From sequence record MK268344.1: a stretch of 64,000 nt of DNA; one strand, 5' to 3'. Position numbers and translations under genes: made by a program. The notes below the pieces were generated by a model. The model ran no database searches and was not told where the DNA came from. It saw only the letters and a list, made by a program, of their open reading frames with translations. Shown one piece after another: positions 39,131 to 46,615 of this stretch (positions within the stretch are counted from its first letter, which is position 1; every line of letters starts with the position of its first letter).

Positions 39131-39155
39131 GCCACCACTTCGGTGGTGGCATTTT
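39131..39155 (+). terminator. Intrinsic terminator
   Basis: GCCACCAC-TTCG-GTGGTGGC-ATTTT. Confidence 0.8.
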
Positions 39156-39178
39156 AATTTAATACAAAGGATATCAAT

Positions 39179-39421
39179 ATGATTACTGAAGAGAAATTAA
39201 GAAGTACTTACCATCGTATCGAAGACCTCAAAATTGTCCGGGCTGAAAAGTGGAAGCGTTGGCATGTATTAAATGATCTTGAACAACGTACCAAAGATGA
39301 AGGTAAAGAGATGCAACAAGTATCTAGTACTATTACATCTTTGACTTACGAAATCCGTGGACTTCAAATTGCTTTTAAAGAAATGTCCGAACAATTCATT
39401 CTACAAGTTGTGGGAGGATAA
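39179..39421 (+). CDS. Coiled-coil hypothetical protein
   Basis: AAGGA RBS. Confidence 0.65.
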   Translation: MITEEKLRSTYHRIEDLKIVRAEKWKRWHVLNDLEQRTKDEGKEMQQVSSTITSLTYEIRGLQIAFKEMSEQFILQVVGG

Positions 39422-39913
39422 ATGGAATTCTTTTTCCTTTTATGTATGTCGATTGTGGCACTATTTGGTATATCATTACTGATTAGTACCGTAACAATGG
39501 GGTCTGAATCTTTTGTCTCCTTGCAAGTACTAACAGGTTCCCTAAAGTACAGCAAAGAAGTAAATGATAAGATTGATATCCTATTAGGTAAAGTAGAAGC
39601 TGATTTATATTATATTAAAGTCGGTGAACATACTATTCAGTTCTTTGATAAAAGTAAATATGATTCATACGAAAACGCAGTTAATAACTGGCGTAACGAA
39701 GCTGACATTGAACTTTGGATTAGTAATAAATTTTATTCGTATGGTAATATATACCGCATTAATGGTGGACAAGCACCAATACAATTACGCGACAAACGTC
39801 CTAGCATTAAATTAATCAAACAAATTTTAGAGATAGAGAAATCTGGTGGAGTAGCTAAAAAGCCTAAATCCAAAGATAAATCATCTAAAAAAGACCCTGT
39901 GATTCTAGGGTAA
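39422..39913 (+). CDS. Membrane-anchored hypothetical protein
   Basis: N-terminal TM helix, WISNKFYSYG motif, GGAGG RBS. Confidence 0.7.
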   Translation: MEFFFLLCMSIVALFGISLLISTVTMGSESFVSLQVLTGSLKYSKEVNDKIDILLGKVEADLYYIKVGEHTIQFFDKSKYDSYENAVNNWRNEADIELWISNKFYSYGNIYRINGGQAPIQLRDKRPSIKLIKQILEIEKSGGVAKKPKSKDKSSKKDPVILG

Positions 39914-39964
39914 CTAACGGGGCTGATGCCCCGTTACTTTTAAGTTAATATTCGGAGTACTATA

Positions 39965-40471
39965 ATGACTAATCAAGATTATATGGATATGTTAGAGAAG
40001 TACGCTTTAAGTACAGATGAAAATAACAAGTTAGTACTTACAATAGATGAAAATTGTTCTATTACTATTCAGGTATTCACTAAGGATTTTTATTTGGATA
40101 CCGGAAATCCATTTGATGGTGGTATGCAAGAGTATCCTATTATTACTATTTTAGATGGTGAATTACTAATGCCATTACCTAATATTATGGATGCATTGAT
40201 TAAAAAAACATCTCGCAGAAATATCACATTTATAATGCGTGGAAATGCTGAAATAATGAGTGCACAAGGTAAAGAAAAAAACCAAACGAGTTCATCTGAA
40301 TTACGTATACCTTATTATGAAAATGAAGATGAACGCTTCCAAGCAGAATTGCTAGGTGAAATTGTTTTGTACGAAACGCATTTGAAGTATATTGATAGTC
40401 TTGTTCAAAAAGCTCATGATAATTATAAACAAATGATGCAAAAAACTTGGGACAACCGCATAATTTTGTGA
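39965..40471 (+). CDS. EEEYFQxST-motif paralogue (divergent)
   Basis: NEDERFQAELLGE. Confidence 0.6.
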   Translation: MTNQDYMDMLEKYALSTDENNKLVLTIDENCSITIQVFTKDFYLDTGNPFDGGMQEYPIITILDGELLMPLPNIMDALIKKTSRRNITFIMRGNAEIMSAQGKEKNQTSSSELRIPYYENEDERFQAELLGEIVLYETHLKYIDSLVQKAHDNYKQMMQKTWDNRIIL

Positions 40472-40477
40472 TATAAT
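40446..40477 (+). promoter_or_regulatory. CTTGGGACAAA-class promoter (copy 6)
   Basis: CTTGGGACAAC-N10-TGTGATATAAT. Confidence 0.8.
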
Positions 40478-40506
40478 AATAGAGTCAATGACATGGAGAA
40501 CAAAAA

Positions 40507-40821
40507 ATGGAATATTTAAACGAAGACAATTTTAAAGACCTTGATAAATTCATCAAGGATTGCACAGATACCTCAGCAGCAATTGGTAATCTAGATGAAG
40601 TAACTGCATCGATTGATGGTATGTTTATGATCCCAATTCGCCCTAGTACTGTTTATGTTGGGGAATTACATACTAATCCTGAAACTACTCTTGAGGATTA
40701 TGAAGAGTATTTGTCTCAGGGTGTAGAGTTAACGGAAGAAGAATATGCACATTACCAAGTACTTTTAAATGAATGTGAAAATAATTTAAAAGAAATTAAA
40801 AAAACTTGGGACAAACAGTAA
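40507..40821 (+). CDS. Hypothetical acidic protein
   Basis: GGAG RBS. Confidence 0.7.
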   Translation: MEYLNEDNFKDLDKFIKDCTDTSAAIGNLDEVTASIDGMFMIPIRPSTVYVGELHTNPETTLEDYEEYLSQGVELTEEEYAHYQVLLNECENNLKEIKKTWDKQ

Positions 40822-40836
40822 AAAATGTGATATAAT
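40805..40836 (+). promoter_or_regulatory. CTTGGGACAAA-class promoter (copy 7)
   Basis: Exact motif before the ncRNA/tRNA-Ser unit. Confidence 0.8.
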
Positions 40837-40868
40837 ATAATTATCGAAAGATAAAAAACGCTGGCAAG

Positions 40869-41011
40869 TGGATTCATACAGCAAACATTATTCAAATATA
40901 TGATGTATGTTATACCTTCGGGTATATAACGCTGGTAACGTGCGGAAAATTACGTTAACCTTATAGGTGAAAGATGCAGAGGCGGCCTATATTGTATTCA
41001 TAATGAATCCA
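40869..41011 (+). ncRNA. CAGCAA-motif RNA, long form (143 nt)
   Basis: TGGATTCAT/ATGAATCCA 9-bp closing stem, ACAGCAA, internal hairpins including a UUCG tetraloop. Confidence 0.65.
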
Positions 41012-41021
41012 GTTTTAGGTA

Positions 41022-41113
41022 GGTAGGTTGGTCGAGTTGGTTTATGGCTCTAGTCTTGAAAACTAGCGACGGTTAATAGCCGTCCGTGGGTTCGAATCCC
41101 ACACCTACCTCCA
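41022..41113 (+). tRNA. tRNA-Ser(UGA), type II, U73
   Basis: CTAGT-CTTGAAA-ACTAG, long variable arm, CCA. Confidence 0.92.
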
Positions 41114-41114
41114 C

Positions 41115-41164
41115 GGTATCCAACAGCAATTAAAATTTCATGCTTAGAAAACCAAAAGGATTCC
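41115..41164 (+). ncRNA. CAGCAA-motif RNA, short form
   Basis: GGTATCC/GGATTCC stem, CAGCAA, TTTC-ATGCTTA-GAAA. Confidence 0.6.
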
Positions 41165-41168
41165 CGTT

Positions 41169-41564
41169 ATGTCATTTGATGATTTTGAAGTACACGCAAG
41201 ACGTGAAATCCAAAATTATCTGGATGGAACGAATAGAGATTCTCGGTATTATGAAGTTCAATATAACCAAGTACTTAAACTTGAATGGACTTCTAAGCCA
41301 GATACTTCAGATGAAAAACTAATTATGTTTAATATTACATTGGAAAAGAACTTAAGTACGGTTCATTTCTCATTGCAAATAGATTATACATATGGTGAAG
41401 ACGAAGATAATTTTTACACCGCAGGAAGAACAGATCTTCCACATAGTGAAGAAGAATATTTTCAAATGAGTACAGTACACGATTTAGGTTTCCGGTGGGA
41501 ATTCTATCAGTACTTACTAAGTGTCTTCGAGCAGTTAAGAAAGAGAAATGGAAAAGAAACGTGA
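41169..41564 (+). CDS. EEEYFQxST-motif paralogue
   Basis: SEEEYFQMSTVHDL. Confidence 0.75.
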   Translation: MSFDDFEVHARREIQNYLDGTNRDSRYYEVQYNQVLKLEWTSKPDTSDEKLIMFNITLEKNLSTVHFSLQIDYTYGEDEDNFYTAGRTDLPHSEEEYFQMSTVHDLGFRWEFYQYLLSVFEQLRKRNGKET

Positions 41565-42159
41565 TAGGAGGGCATATCAGAAAGAATGGTATGCCAAGAA
41601 TAAAGAAAAGCATAGTGCAAATACACGAAAGAATCACAAAAATCAAAAGATTGAGGTTCTTGAACATTATGGTGGAAAATGTGCGTGTTGTGGTGAGAGT
41701 CAAATTGATTTTTTAGCAATTGACCATATAGACGGTGGTGGCAATGAACACCGCCGGGAATTAGGAATTTCAAACGGGACTAGCTTTTACTCATGGTTGA
41801 AGCGTGAAAACTTCCCACCCGGATTCCAAGTTCTATGTCATAATTGCAATTTTTCCAAACATATAAATGATGGAGAATGTATCCATCAAATTTTAAGTAA
41901 AAGGTTGACAATGAATACAAACTTAGAAACAATTGCAGTACATGCACAAGGTATTATTGACGCAACTGTTAATATGCCAGAGCAGTATGCTCAAAAGATC
42001 GAAGAACTAGCAGCAACCATTCTTTCAGTTGCAGCAATGGCAGAAGGTGTACATACACAAACTGTTAGTACAGCAGACTTTGTAGAAGGTCGTAATGAAT
42101 TAGGCAATGGGATCATTGCTCATAAAGAGAATGGTACTATTAGACTAGAACGCGAATAA
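41548..42159 (+). CDS. HNH endonuclease in frame with a helical C-terminal domain (own ATG at 41911)
   Basis: CACCG...IDHIDGG...LCHNCNFSK. Confidence 0.8.
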   Translation: MEKKRDRRAYQKEWYAKNKEKHSANTRKNHKNQKIEVLEHYGGKCACCGESQIDFLAIDHIDGGGNEHRRELGISNGTSFYSWLKRENFPPGFQVLCHNCNFSKHINDGECIHQILSKRLTMNTNLETIAVHAQGIIDATVNMPEQYAQKIEELAATILSVAAMAEGVHTQTVSTADFVEGRNELGNGIIAHKENGTIRLERE

Positions 42160-42179
42160 CTAAATATTTGTGAGGAAAT

Positions 42180-42476
42180 ATGTCAGTACACAAAGAGTTA
42201 GTAAAGAAACTTGAAGAAGTACTTGAAGTAGTTAAACCGCTTCCTCAAGGTTATCAATATAAGGTACGTGAATTATGTGCTTGTATTGAAACTGTAGTAT
42301 CCATGTATGATGATGTACAGAAGGGTATTATTCCTGAAGTACTGATTAAAATGCGTGAAGGTACTTTAGAAGATGAAGTACCACAAGAAGAACAAAAAGT
42401 AGTTGATACTGCTCCTGAAGAATCTCCCGCAATAGAGTCGAAAAAGAAACTTCAGATTGGTGATATCAAACTATAA
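42180..42476 (+). CDS. Hypothetical protein, paralogue of the 41911-42159 domain
   Basis: Shared P-x-x-Y-x-x-K-(V/I)-x-EL-x-A-x-I-x-x-V-x-x-M pattern. Confidence 0.7.
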   Translation: MSVHKELVKKLEEVLEVVKPLPQGYQYKVRELCACIETVVSMYDDVQKGIIPEVLIKMREGTLEDEVPQEEQKVVDTAPEESPAIESKKKLQIGDIKL

Positions 42477-42483
42477 ATAAATT

Positions 42484-42541
42484 TAGAATCTTACAGCAAA
42501 TCTTATAAAATACATTTGGCGTAATTAAAAAATAGATTCTA
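42484..42541 (+). ncRNA. CAGCAA-motif RNA, short form
   Basis: TAGAATCT/AGATTCTA, TACAGCAA, TAC-ATTTGGC-GTA. Confidence 0.6.
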
Positions 42542-42549
42542 GTAAAAAC

Positions 42550-42600
42550 GAAATCCAACAGCAATTCATTTTTTTCGGTATAAAAACAACAATGGATTTC
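42550..42600 (+). ncRNA. CAGCAA-motif RNA, short form
   Basis: GAAATCCA/TGGATTTC, ACAGCAA, loop containing TTCGGTA. Confidence 0.6.
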
Positions 42601-42605
42601 AGTAT

Positions 42606-42683
42606 CGGTGTGTAGCTCAGTTTGGTAGAGTGTATCGTTCGGGGCGATAAAGTCGGCGGGTTCGAATCCTCCCACACCGACCA
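42606..42683 (+). tRNA. tRNA-Pro(CGG)
   Basis: TATCG-TTCGGGG-CGATA, CCA. Confidence 0.9.
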
Positions 42684-42780
42684 CTATATCATAATACTCC
42701 TTTAATGTAGTATTTTATGAAAAAATAATTTAAAAACAAGTTGACGATTATGTGAAAACATGGTCTAATACATAAATCGG

Positions 42781-42865
42781 GGGTCGTTGGCTGAGAGGGT
42801 AAGCGACGGACTGTTAATCCGTGTCATAAATGACTAGGCAGGTTCGATACCTGCACGACCCGCCA
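42781..42865 (+). tRNA. tRNA-Asn(GUU) with long variable arm
   Basis: ACGGA-CTGTTAA-TCCGT, variable arm GTCA-TAAA-TGAC, G73, CCA. Confidence 0.88.
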
Positions 42866-42870
42866 CCTTT

Positions 42871-42946
42871 AGTCCTATAGTTTCAGCGGTAAAAATACTC
42901 CCCTGTCACGGGAGAGTCACGGGTTCGAATCCCGTTAGGACTGCCA
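42871..42946 (+). tRNA. tRNA-Asp(GUC)
   Basis: CTCCC-CTGTCAC-GGGAG, G73, CCA. Confidence 0.95.
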
Positions 42947-42948
42947 AT

Positions 42949-43026
42949 GCGTCGTTAGCTCAGTTGGTAGAGCACCGGACTTTTAATCCGGGTGTCGCTT
43001 AGGTTCGAATCCTGCACGGCGTACCA
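42949..43026 (+). tRNA. tRNA-Lys(UUU) with bulged T-stem
   Basis: CCGGA-CTTTTAA-TCCGG; T-stem GC(TT)AGG/CCTGC; CCA. Confidence 0.85.
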
Positions 43027-43027
43027 T

Positions 43028-43102
43028 ACTCCATTCGTCTATCGGTTAGGACGTTGGGTTTTCAACCCAAAAAGATCAGTTCAATTCTGTTATGGAGTAC
43101 CA
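43028..43102 (+). tRNA. tRNA-Glu(UUC)
   Basis: TTGGG-TTTTCAA-CCCAA, CCA. Confidence 0.9.
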
Positions 43103-43106
43103 CAAT

Positions 43107-43237
43107 GTATAGAATCAGCAATCTATATATAACGATATTAGAGCGTCTAGGAGCATAATATCTGCATATATAGTGAGTGGGATTGATAAGAGGTTGATCG
43201 CTCTTTGATGTGGGTTCGATTCCTACTCTATATACCA
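43107..43237 (+). ncRNA. 131-nt tRNA-like RNA (CAGCAA motif, long insert, intact T-arm and CCA)
   Basis: GTATAGA/TCTATAT acceptor, GTGGG-TTCGATT-CCTAC, nested inserted hairpin. Confidence 0.7.
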
Positions 43238-43256
43238 CACCTTATACGAGGTACTT

Positions 43257-43754
43257 ATGAAAGAACTAATTAAACAAAAATGTATGTTCGAGTTATTAAG
43301 TACTGAAATCAATTCGGGTATAGTACTTGATGAACCAGAATGTTGGCTTCGAGATTACTATGACGAACCATTTACCGTTCCCATCGATTCATATATGGAT
43401 GATTATTGTACTACAATATTTCCAGATGAAGTCCATTTATTCACAAATAATTTTCATTTTATACATTACCCAAGTACTAAAGAAATCCGCATATATCTTA
43501 TGTTCCATTTCAATACTAGTGAATATGGTGTTCCACCTGAATATTATAGAGACGAATTACATGACAACATGGAATCATGTATTGCAATTAACTCGAACGG
43601 GTTTTGGTTCAGCGATGAGAATTACACATACAGTACTGAAGAAGAGATATTCCAGTTGTCCTGTACTGAATTGGGGTTTTACATTGATATAGTAGAACGT
43701 GCTAAAGAATTCATTTATGCGGAGATACAAAACCGTGAATGTAGAGAAGTATAG
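43257..43754 (+). CDS. EEEYFQxST-motif paralogue
   Basis: TEEEIFQLSCTEL. Confidence 0.7.
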   Translation: MKELIKQKCMFELLSTEINSGIVLDEPECWLRDYYDEPFTVPIDSYMDDYCTTIFPDEVHLFTNNFHFIHYPSTKEIRIYLMFHFNTSEYGVPPEYYRDELHDNMESCIAINSNGFWFSDENYTYSTEEEIFQLSCTELGFYIDIVERAKEFIYAEIQNRECREV

Positions 43755-44142
43755 AGATTTTTTAAAATACATGATTCATGCAGAAGATTTGAAGATTTCA
43801 GTACTAGATGGTATTATGCACATTAACGTAGGAACACTACGTACTAATAGTATTGAAATAAACAACAATTATAATACAATTTCTATGTATGATTTAGAAT
43901 GGGTAAGGGAAGAATCAAAAGAATTTACTAACAGTTCCACATCGATGTTAAGGGCTGTATTAAAAAATGCATCACCTCCTAAATTGGAATTCTATATTCC
44001 AATATCACAGGAAGATGAGTTTCAACAAAGTACTGCACGATTGGGATATATCCTACCGTATTCATTAGTACCATATGTTGATGAACTAATAAAACGTGTT
44101 CATGATATAGTTGATGATTTTTATATTAAAGGAAGAGATTAA
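43699..44142 (+). CDS. EEEYFQxST-motif paralogue (start uncertain)
   Basis: SQEDEFQQSTARL. Confidence 0.65.
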   Translation: MLKNSFMRRYKTVNVEKYRDFLKYMIHAEDLKISVLDGIMHINVGTLRTNSIEINNNYNTISMYDLEWVREESKEFTNSSTSMLRAVLKNASPPKLEFYIPISQEDEFQQSTARLGYILPYSLVPYVDELIKRVHDIVDDFYIKGRD

Positions 44143-44143
44143 T

Positions 44144-44404
44144 ATGAAAGATATAAACGGTATTGAAATTACAGTTGGATGTACTTTAATGTTTGCTGAA
44201 CGTGAACCAGACAGGTGGAATCCACGTGATATGGTTTTCCATAAAGTTTCTAAAATAGATCCTGCTTTTGGTGGTCGTATTATTTTTGAAGATCAAAATC
44301 AAAATAGTATCGCATACAAGCAAAATATCACAACTCTACGTGTTGTTTCAGACGGATTTGTTGAGGCTTGGAAAAGTGGTGAATTGTTTACGAGGGAATT
44401 CTAA
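44144..44404 (+). CDS. YopX-like/SH3-like small protein
   Basis: MKDINGIEITVGC pattern. Confidence 0.6.
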   Translation: MKDINGIEITVGCTLMFAEREPDRWNPRDMVFHKVSKIDPAFGGRIIFEDQNQNSIAYKQNITTLRVVSDGFVEAWKSGELFTREF

Positions 44405-44643
44405 TGAGTAAGTACTTTGTACGTTATAGCTACGATGTAACTAATAAGGTTCAACGTGGCGATGGTCTAGGTTGGGATTATGAAACCGATAAAGTAACAG
44501 ACTGTTGTGTTTGTGAAATCTCAGAAGAACGTATTGACATTTCTGAAGTACGTGATTACATTCTTTCATACGAAGTAAATTATTTGGGCGATCGAAAGCC
44601 TGATGCTTATGATATTGACATATTGGTACTAAACAAACTATGA
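44404..44643 (+). CDS. Hypothetical protein
   Basis: TAATG coupling. Confidence 0.65.
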   Translation: MSKYFVRYSYDVTNKVQRGDGLGWDYETDKVTDCCVCEISEERIDISEVRDYILSYEVNYLGDRKPDAYDIDILVLNKL

Positions 44644-44813
44644 TTAACTATATTTTTCGTGTAAATGGTGAAGGTATCGTTCCCGGTTTAACTGTTGTTC
44701 GTGCATATACCGTAACTGATGCTCTTGAAATGTTACGTGACGAATTCACTAATCCTGATAACATTTCAATCAAACTTGTTGAATGTACTCAAGAGTTATC
44801 ATTTTTAAACTAG
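44640..44813 (+). CDS. 57-aa hypothetical protein
   Basis: ATGA coupling; not in the ORF track. Confidence 0.55.
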   Translation: MINYIFRVNGEGIVPGLTVVRAYTVTDALEMLRDEFTNPDNISIKLVECTQELSFLN

Positions 44814-44819
44814 GACATA

Positions 44820-45080
44820 TTGATGATTAAAGGTAACTTCTATAATGATCTACGCATTCGCTACTTGGAAATATTAGATACTAGAGCAGAGAATGATACA
44901 GACCATCCGACATCAAGGCATCATTTATCATGGATGCTTAATGAATTATCATCTGATACAATGTCAGAAACCAAGAAACATCGGTGGCTTGGGTATGTTC
45001 AAGGTTGTATGGTGTCACAAAACCTTATTAATGTTGAAGATGAGCGTAATGCAACTCGAAATATTTTTAACGGAAAATGA
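44820..45080 (+). CDS. Hypothetical protein
   Basis: HLSWML...KKHRWLGYVQG motif typical of a small phage family. Confidence 0.7.
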   Translation: MMIKGNFYNDLRIRYLEILDTRAENDTDHPTSRHHLSWMLNELSSDTMSETKKHRWLGYVQGCMVSQNLINVEDERNATRNIFNGK

Positions 45081-45099
45081 TAAAATCTTGGGATAAAAT

Positions 45100-45131
45100 C
45101 TTGGGACAAAATCACATTTATGTGATATAAT
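45100..45131 (+). promoter_or_regulatory. CTTGGGACAAA-class promoter (copy 8), preceded by a 13-bp partial duplication
   Basis: AAAATCTTGGGAT-AAAATCTTGGGACAAA...TGTGATATAAT. Confidence 0.8.
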
Positions 45132-45151
45132 ATAGATACAAGAGGAACGAT

Positions 45152-45367
45152 ATGAAGATTAAAGATTTACGGTCTATTCTTGAACAGCATCCTGATGCAG
45201 AAATTGTCATTCAGACCACACCTTATGATGATTATTCATTAGGAGATTGTGGTACAGCACATTTTTATAAAGCTGGGGATTTAGTCTTTGAACGTGGTGA
45301 AAGCCTAACGGAATTCATTGATGTTGAATTGAGTACAGCCCTTGTCGATATAATCGTTCTATCATAA
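45152..45367 (+). CDS. Hypothetical protein
   Basis: GAGG RBS; MKIKDLRSILEQHPDA. Confidence 0.65.
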   Translation: MKIKDLRSILEQHPDAEIVIQTTPYDDYSLGDCGTAHFYKAGDLVFERGESLTEFIDVELSTALVDIIVLS

Positions 45368-45400
45368 TTGTAAAATTGCTAATTGGAGAAACCAAAGAAT

Positions 45401-45982
45401 ATGAAGCTAAGTCTACGTAAAGCACATCGTCTAGTTAAAGATCTACAGAACCACCTAAGCGTTCGTGATCAACCTCAAACCATCCACCACAGTGCTGATG
45501 AGCAAGAGATTCTAGACACTATCGATCTTGTTGAATCACGTAATGCAGAAGCAGTATACACTGCACTACACGTGGTTGAAGCTATCAGTGCAATTCGTGC
45601 TGGCGTTCAAGCGTTGAATGCGAAAGAAGTAGACGGTGATAGCGTTGATTCTTTGTTGAATAAAAAAGTTCAAATTGAATCCAAAATGCGTGTACTAGCA
45701 GCATTTGCTGTTGCACCAAAAGATACTCAGGAGAAGCGTGTACTTTCTATTAAACGTCAAGTACAAGACGCAGCATCTAACGCAGGTCAGATGTACTCCA
45801 ATAGTGATGTTGTTGTTCGTGGTCAGAGTATCAGTACTCAACAACATCTAAATGATCTTTATGTTGCACTAAAACAGGAACAAGAAGTAGTTAGTGATAA
45901 ACTAGCTTATATCAACAATCTACTACAAGTAGAGATTGATGATAGCTACGCTGACTTGTTCAAGAAACTACAAGTTCTATAA
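45401..45982 (+). CDS. Coiled-coil protein (MKLSLRKA..., DIP1984/DUF6847-like pattern)
   Basis: All-helical; N-terminal LRKA..L...LQ and C-terminal KLAYINN..VEID; family call is inference. Confidence 0.6.
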   Translation: MKLSLRKAHRLVKDLQNHLSVRDQPQTIHHSADEQEILDTIDLVESRNAEAVYTALHVVEAISAIRAGVQALNAKEVDGDSVDSLLNKKVQIESKMRVLAAFAVAPKDTQEKRVLSIKRQVQDAASNAGQMYSNSDVVVRGQSISTQQHLNDLYVALKQEQEVVSDKLAYINNLLQVEIDDSYADLFKKLQVL

Positions 45983-46243
45983 GGTCGCTTAACGGCTGAC
46001 CACCTTACCGATAGAGCAATCGAAAAGCTATTTTTCGATACTACATGGTATGAAATGTTACTTTGAAAAAAGACATTTTATAAACAAAAGAGTTTGCTCC
46101 GTAAGAGATGACAGATAATTAATCTTGCTTGGTTGTGGAAACGGTATAACTCGATTGCTCAGTTGAATGGTTGAAGTGTTGCATTGTTGCTTCGCTCTAT
46201 CGGTACGTATTTTGGCTACGCTTTGATGTAAATAAAGTGTAGC
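45983..46243 (+). ncRNA. Candidate structured RNA directly 3' of the coiled-coil gene
   Basis: 12-bp and 10-bp long-range helices, TTG-rich loop, terminal hairpin plus T run. Confidence 0.6.
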
Positions 46244-46271
46244 ACTTTTTAAGTAAAATAAAATATTAAAT

Positions 46272-46449
46272 CTGTGCGGTTGTAACCAGTACTGGAATTA
46301 TACTTAGGGAAGTAGTGATCCAATAGTACCAGTAGTATTAGGACTTTCACGAGGCCAGCACGAATAGGATCACAACCTATTCGTACACGTAGAGTTGGCA
46401 TAAAACGGGTAAGTAGTCATTTACTGGTTAAGGTGGCCTTACATTCAGG
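46272..46449 (+). ncRNA. Candidate ~180-nt structured RNA upstream of tRNA-Gly
   Basis: TAACCAGTA/TACTGGTTA, GCCAGC/GTTGGC, ACGAATAGG/CCTATTCGT nested helices. Confidence 0.55.
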
Positions 46450-46459
46450 AACTAAAACT

Positions 46460-46535
46460 GCGTCTATCGTATAGTGGCCTAATATCACTGGTTTCCACCC
46501 AGTAGACCGGGATTCGAATTCCCGTAGACGCTCCA
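46460..46535 (+). tRNA. tRNA-Gly(UCC)
   Basis: ACTGG-TTTCCAC-CCAGT, U73, CCA. Confidence 0.95.
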
Positions 46536-46615
46536 CTTTATAAAAGGAGACAAACATGAAGTTTTCCTTACAGGTTGGGAAGTACTAAATACTCATAGAA
46601 TCCTAAGAGGACAAT

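Noticed and set aside
39419-39424. In-frame stop-start junctions (TAA-ATG here and at 63439-63444) as read-through targets of suppressor-like RNAs
   Set aside because: Downstream genes have their own RBS; such adjacency is common in compact phage genomes.
42466-42684. Minus-strand ORFs over tRNA loci (also 27323-27682)
   Set aside because: Translations such as MVGVGGFEPAD and RTAGLEPAT are the usual antisense-tRNA artefact.
43141-43156. Possible amber-reading loop GT-CTA-GG in the 131-nt element, which would complete a UAA/UAG/UGA trio
   Set aside because: Closing stem is only 2 bp with an 8-nt loop and it is not in the anticodon position; too weak to claim.
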